Positions 62,659 to 64,000 of a DNA stretch of 64,000 bases are shown in pieces. Each line of letters starts with the position of its first letter. The first letter of the stretch is position 1. This DNA is from Paragordius varius (lineage: Eukaryota > Animalia > Nematomorpha), in assembly GCA_964247055.1 (NCBI GenBank), contig OZ176055.1, positions 3,472,001 through 3,536,000 on the forward strand. Direction: 5' to 3'. The notes under the pieces are model-generated. The model searched no databases. It saw only the letters and a program-made list of their open reading frames with translations, and was not told where the DNA came from. The position numbers were made by a program, and so were the translations under genes.

Positions 62659-64000
62659 ATAATCAATAGAATTTGATCCTTTTTTGTTTTACCAGTACAT
62701 CTTGTTTATAGCTTATAAATCATTTATGCATAAATTTTTTATATTTAGCCAATCTCTGTATTCAAATATTTTGTATTTTTTTATTACGCTAGTTTCTCGA
62801 ACAATGGTTATGAAAAATGGTCAGAAGTAACAACATTGCGTTCATATATAACTTTTAATTTTAAAATTTTTATACCAGATCTTAATATGGAACCGAAACT
62901 TTATCTGCACAGTGCTTTACTGATATTTTTTGCTTTGTTTCCATTCTGAAAATATATTATTATAGGTAGAGTAGAAAGGTGAATATTTCATAAATTTAGA
63001 CATATCAATATTTCTGTAAATACGCATACAGTTCGTTTAAATTATAATCTTACCATTTTTTCTGCATAGTTTAATGTTGAACATATTTAAAATAGTTTTA
63101 CCTTATTAATTTATAATAAAACAGCCCAACCCTCGTGTTGTGAAAAATAAACTAATCACCTAAAACTAAAATCCGATATTATCTTTCGCTCGTAAATCTG
63201 AGGCATAGGTTATAATCTAGCATATATTAAAAATTGTTTCGCGTCAAGCGCTTTTGCATTTATTGCAAGATAATTAGCCTATTTAGGATTTTAAAATTGC
63301 GGGGCCACCTAAAATTAAAATGTAATATAATATTACTTTGGTTTTTATATGAAGCTTGGGATATTTTTTGATGATATTCTTTGAAATTAAGCTAGCTTTC
63401 ACCAAACATTTTAATGAGTATGGGCGCTACTTTTTCGATAAGGAGAAGTTACCACAAAATCTGAATATTTTTTTTAATGATCGTATGTCCCAAAACCAAA
63501 AACCTATATTCCTGAATTCATTATCAGAATGTATTATTCATCAAGATAATTTTTAACCCCCCTCCCCCGATTTTGTGCACTGGATAATTTAATAGATGAA
63601 AGAAAGGAGATGTTGTATAGATTATATGGTTTGAATTACATTACGCAAACTTCATTGCTAGTTGGGTTATATGATTATTTAGCAATATCATTTTTAACAT
63701 ATATTATAGACAAATTTTTCAGTTTAACGTTTTTTTGAACGATATCGGTTAGGATTATATGTCAAAAGATTTAATATAATGTTAACCGGTTTAATCATCG
63801 GGTTCTAATTAAATCGATGATGGGCGAAAAGGATAATTTTAACAAAATGAGATGGTAAAAATCTGCCATTATATTTTAAAAATAGACCAGAAACATTCGT
63901 ATATTGAATTGCGCTGAATGACCAAATTTGGTTGTGCAGCCTTAGGGGTTTAGTTAAAGTTTCTAATAAATTATATTTTTAAATTTTAAAAATACCCTTT

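Noticed and set aside
62700-63130. Possible minus-strand gene with 22-40 nt introns downstream of MED1
   Set aside because: A reading frame can be built only by freely choosing splice sites, and there is no recognisable motif.

Overview
AT-rich, intron-containing animal nuclear DNA. The organism cannot be established from the sequence, and nothing prokaryotic (operons, CRISPR, rRNA, tRNA) is supported. I assembled eight genes by hand from splice signals and protein-family motifs. (1) A very basic K/R-rich protein that the ORF track misses because its frame runs off the window (-, 961 to <1). (2) An SLC7 L-type amino-acid transporter light chain (+, 4160-9966). (3) A type II membrane protein with SEA and LDLa domains and no protease domain (+, 13022-19779). 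(4) ETHE1 (-, 22418-19889). (5) RSU1 (+, 22444-24847). (6) Na+/K+-ATPase alpha (-, ~38545-25116). (7) An ABCG1/white-type half transporter (-, 55476-43707). (8) MED1 (+, 55580-62658). The most striking signal is two head-to-head gene pairs: ETHE1/RSU1 with start codons 25 bp apart, and ABCG/MED1 with start codons 103 bp apart. Their 5'-most introns are twelve GT-AG micro-introns of only 23-28 nt, whereas the other introns I mapped are about 68 nt or longer. The longer introns carry non-autonomous transposons: a TACCATT-ended MITE/foldback family, hAT-like and Tigger-like MITEs, a Helitron and a SINE-like repeat. All gene models are manual and need RNA-seq confirmation.
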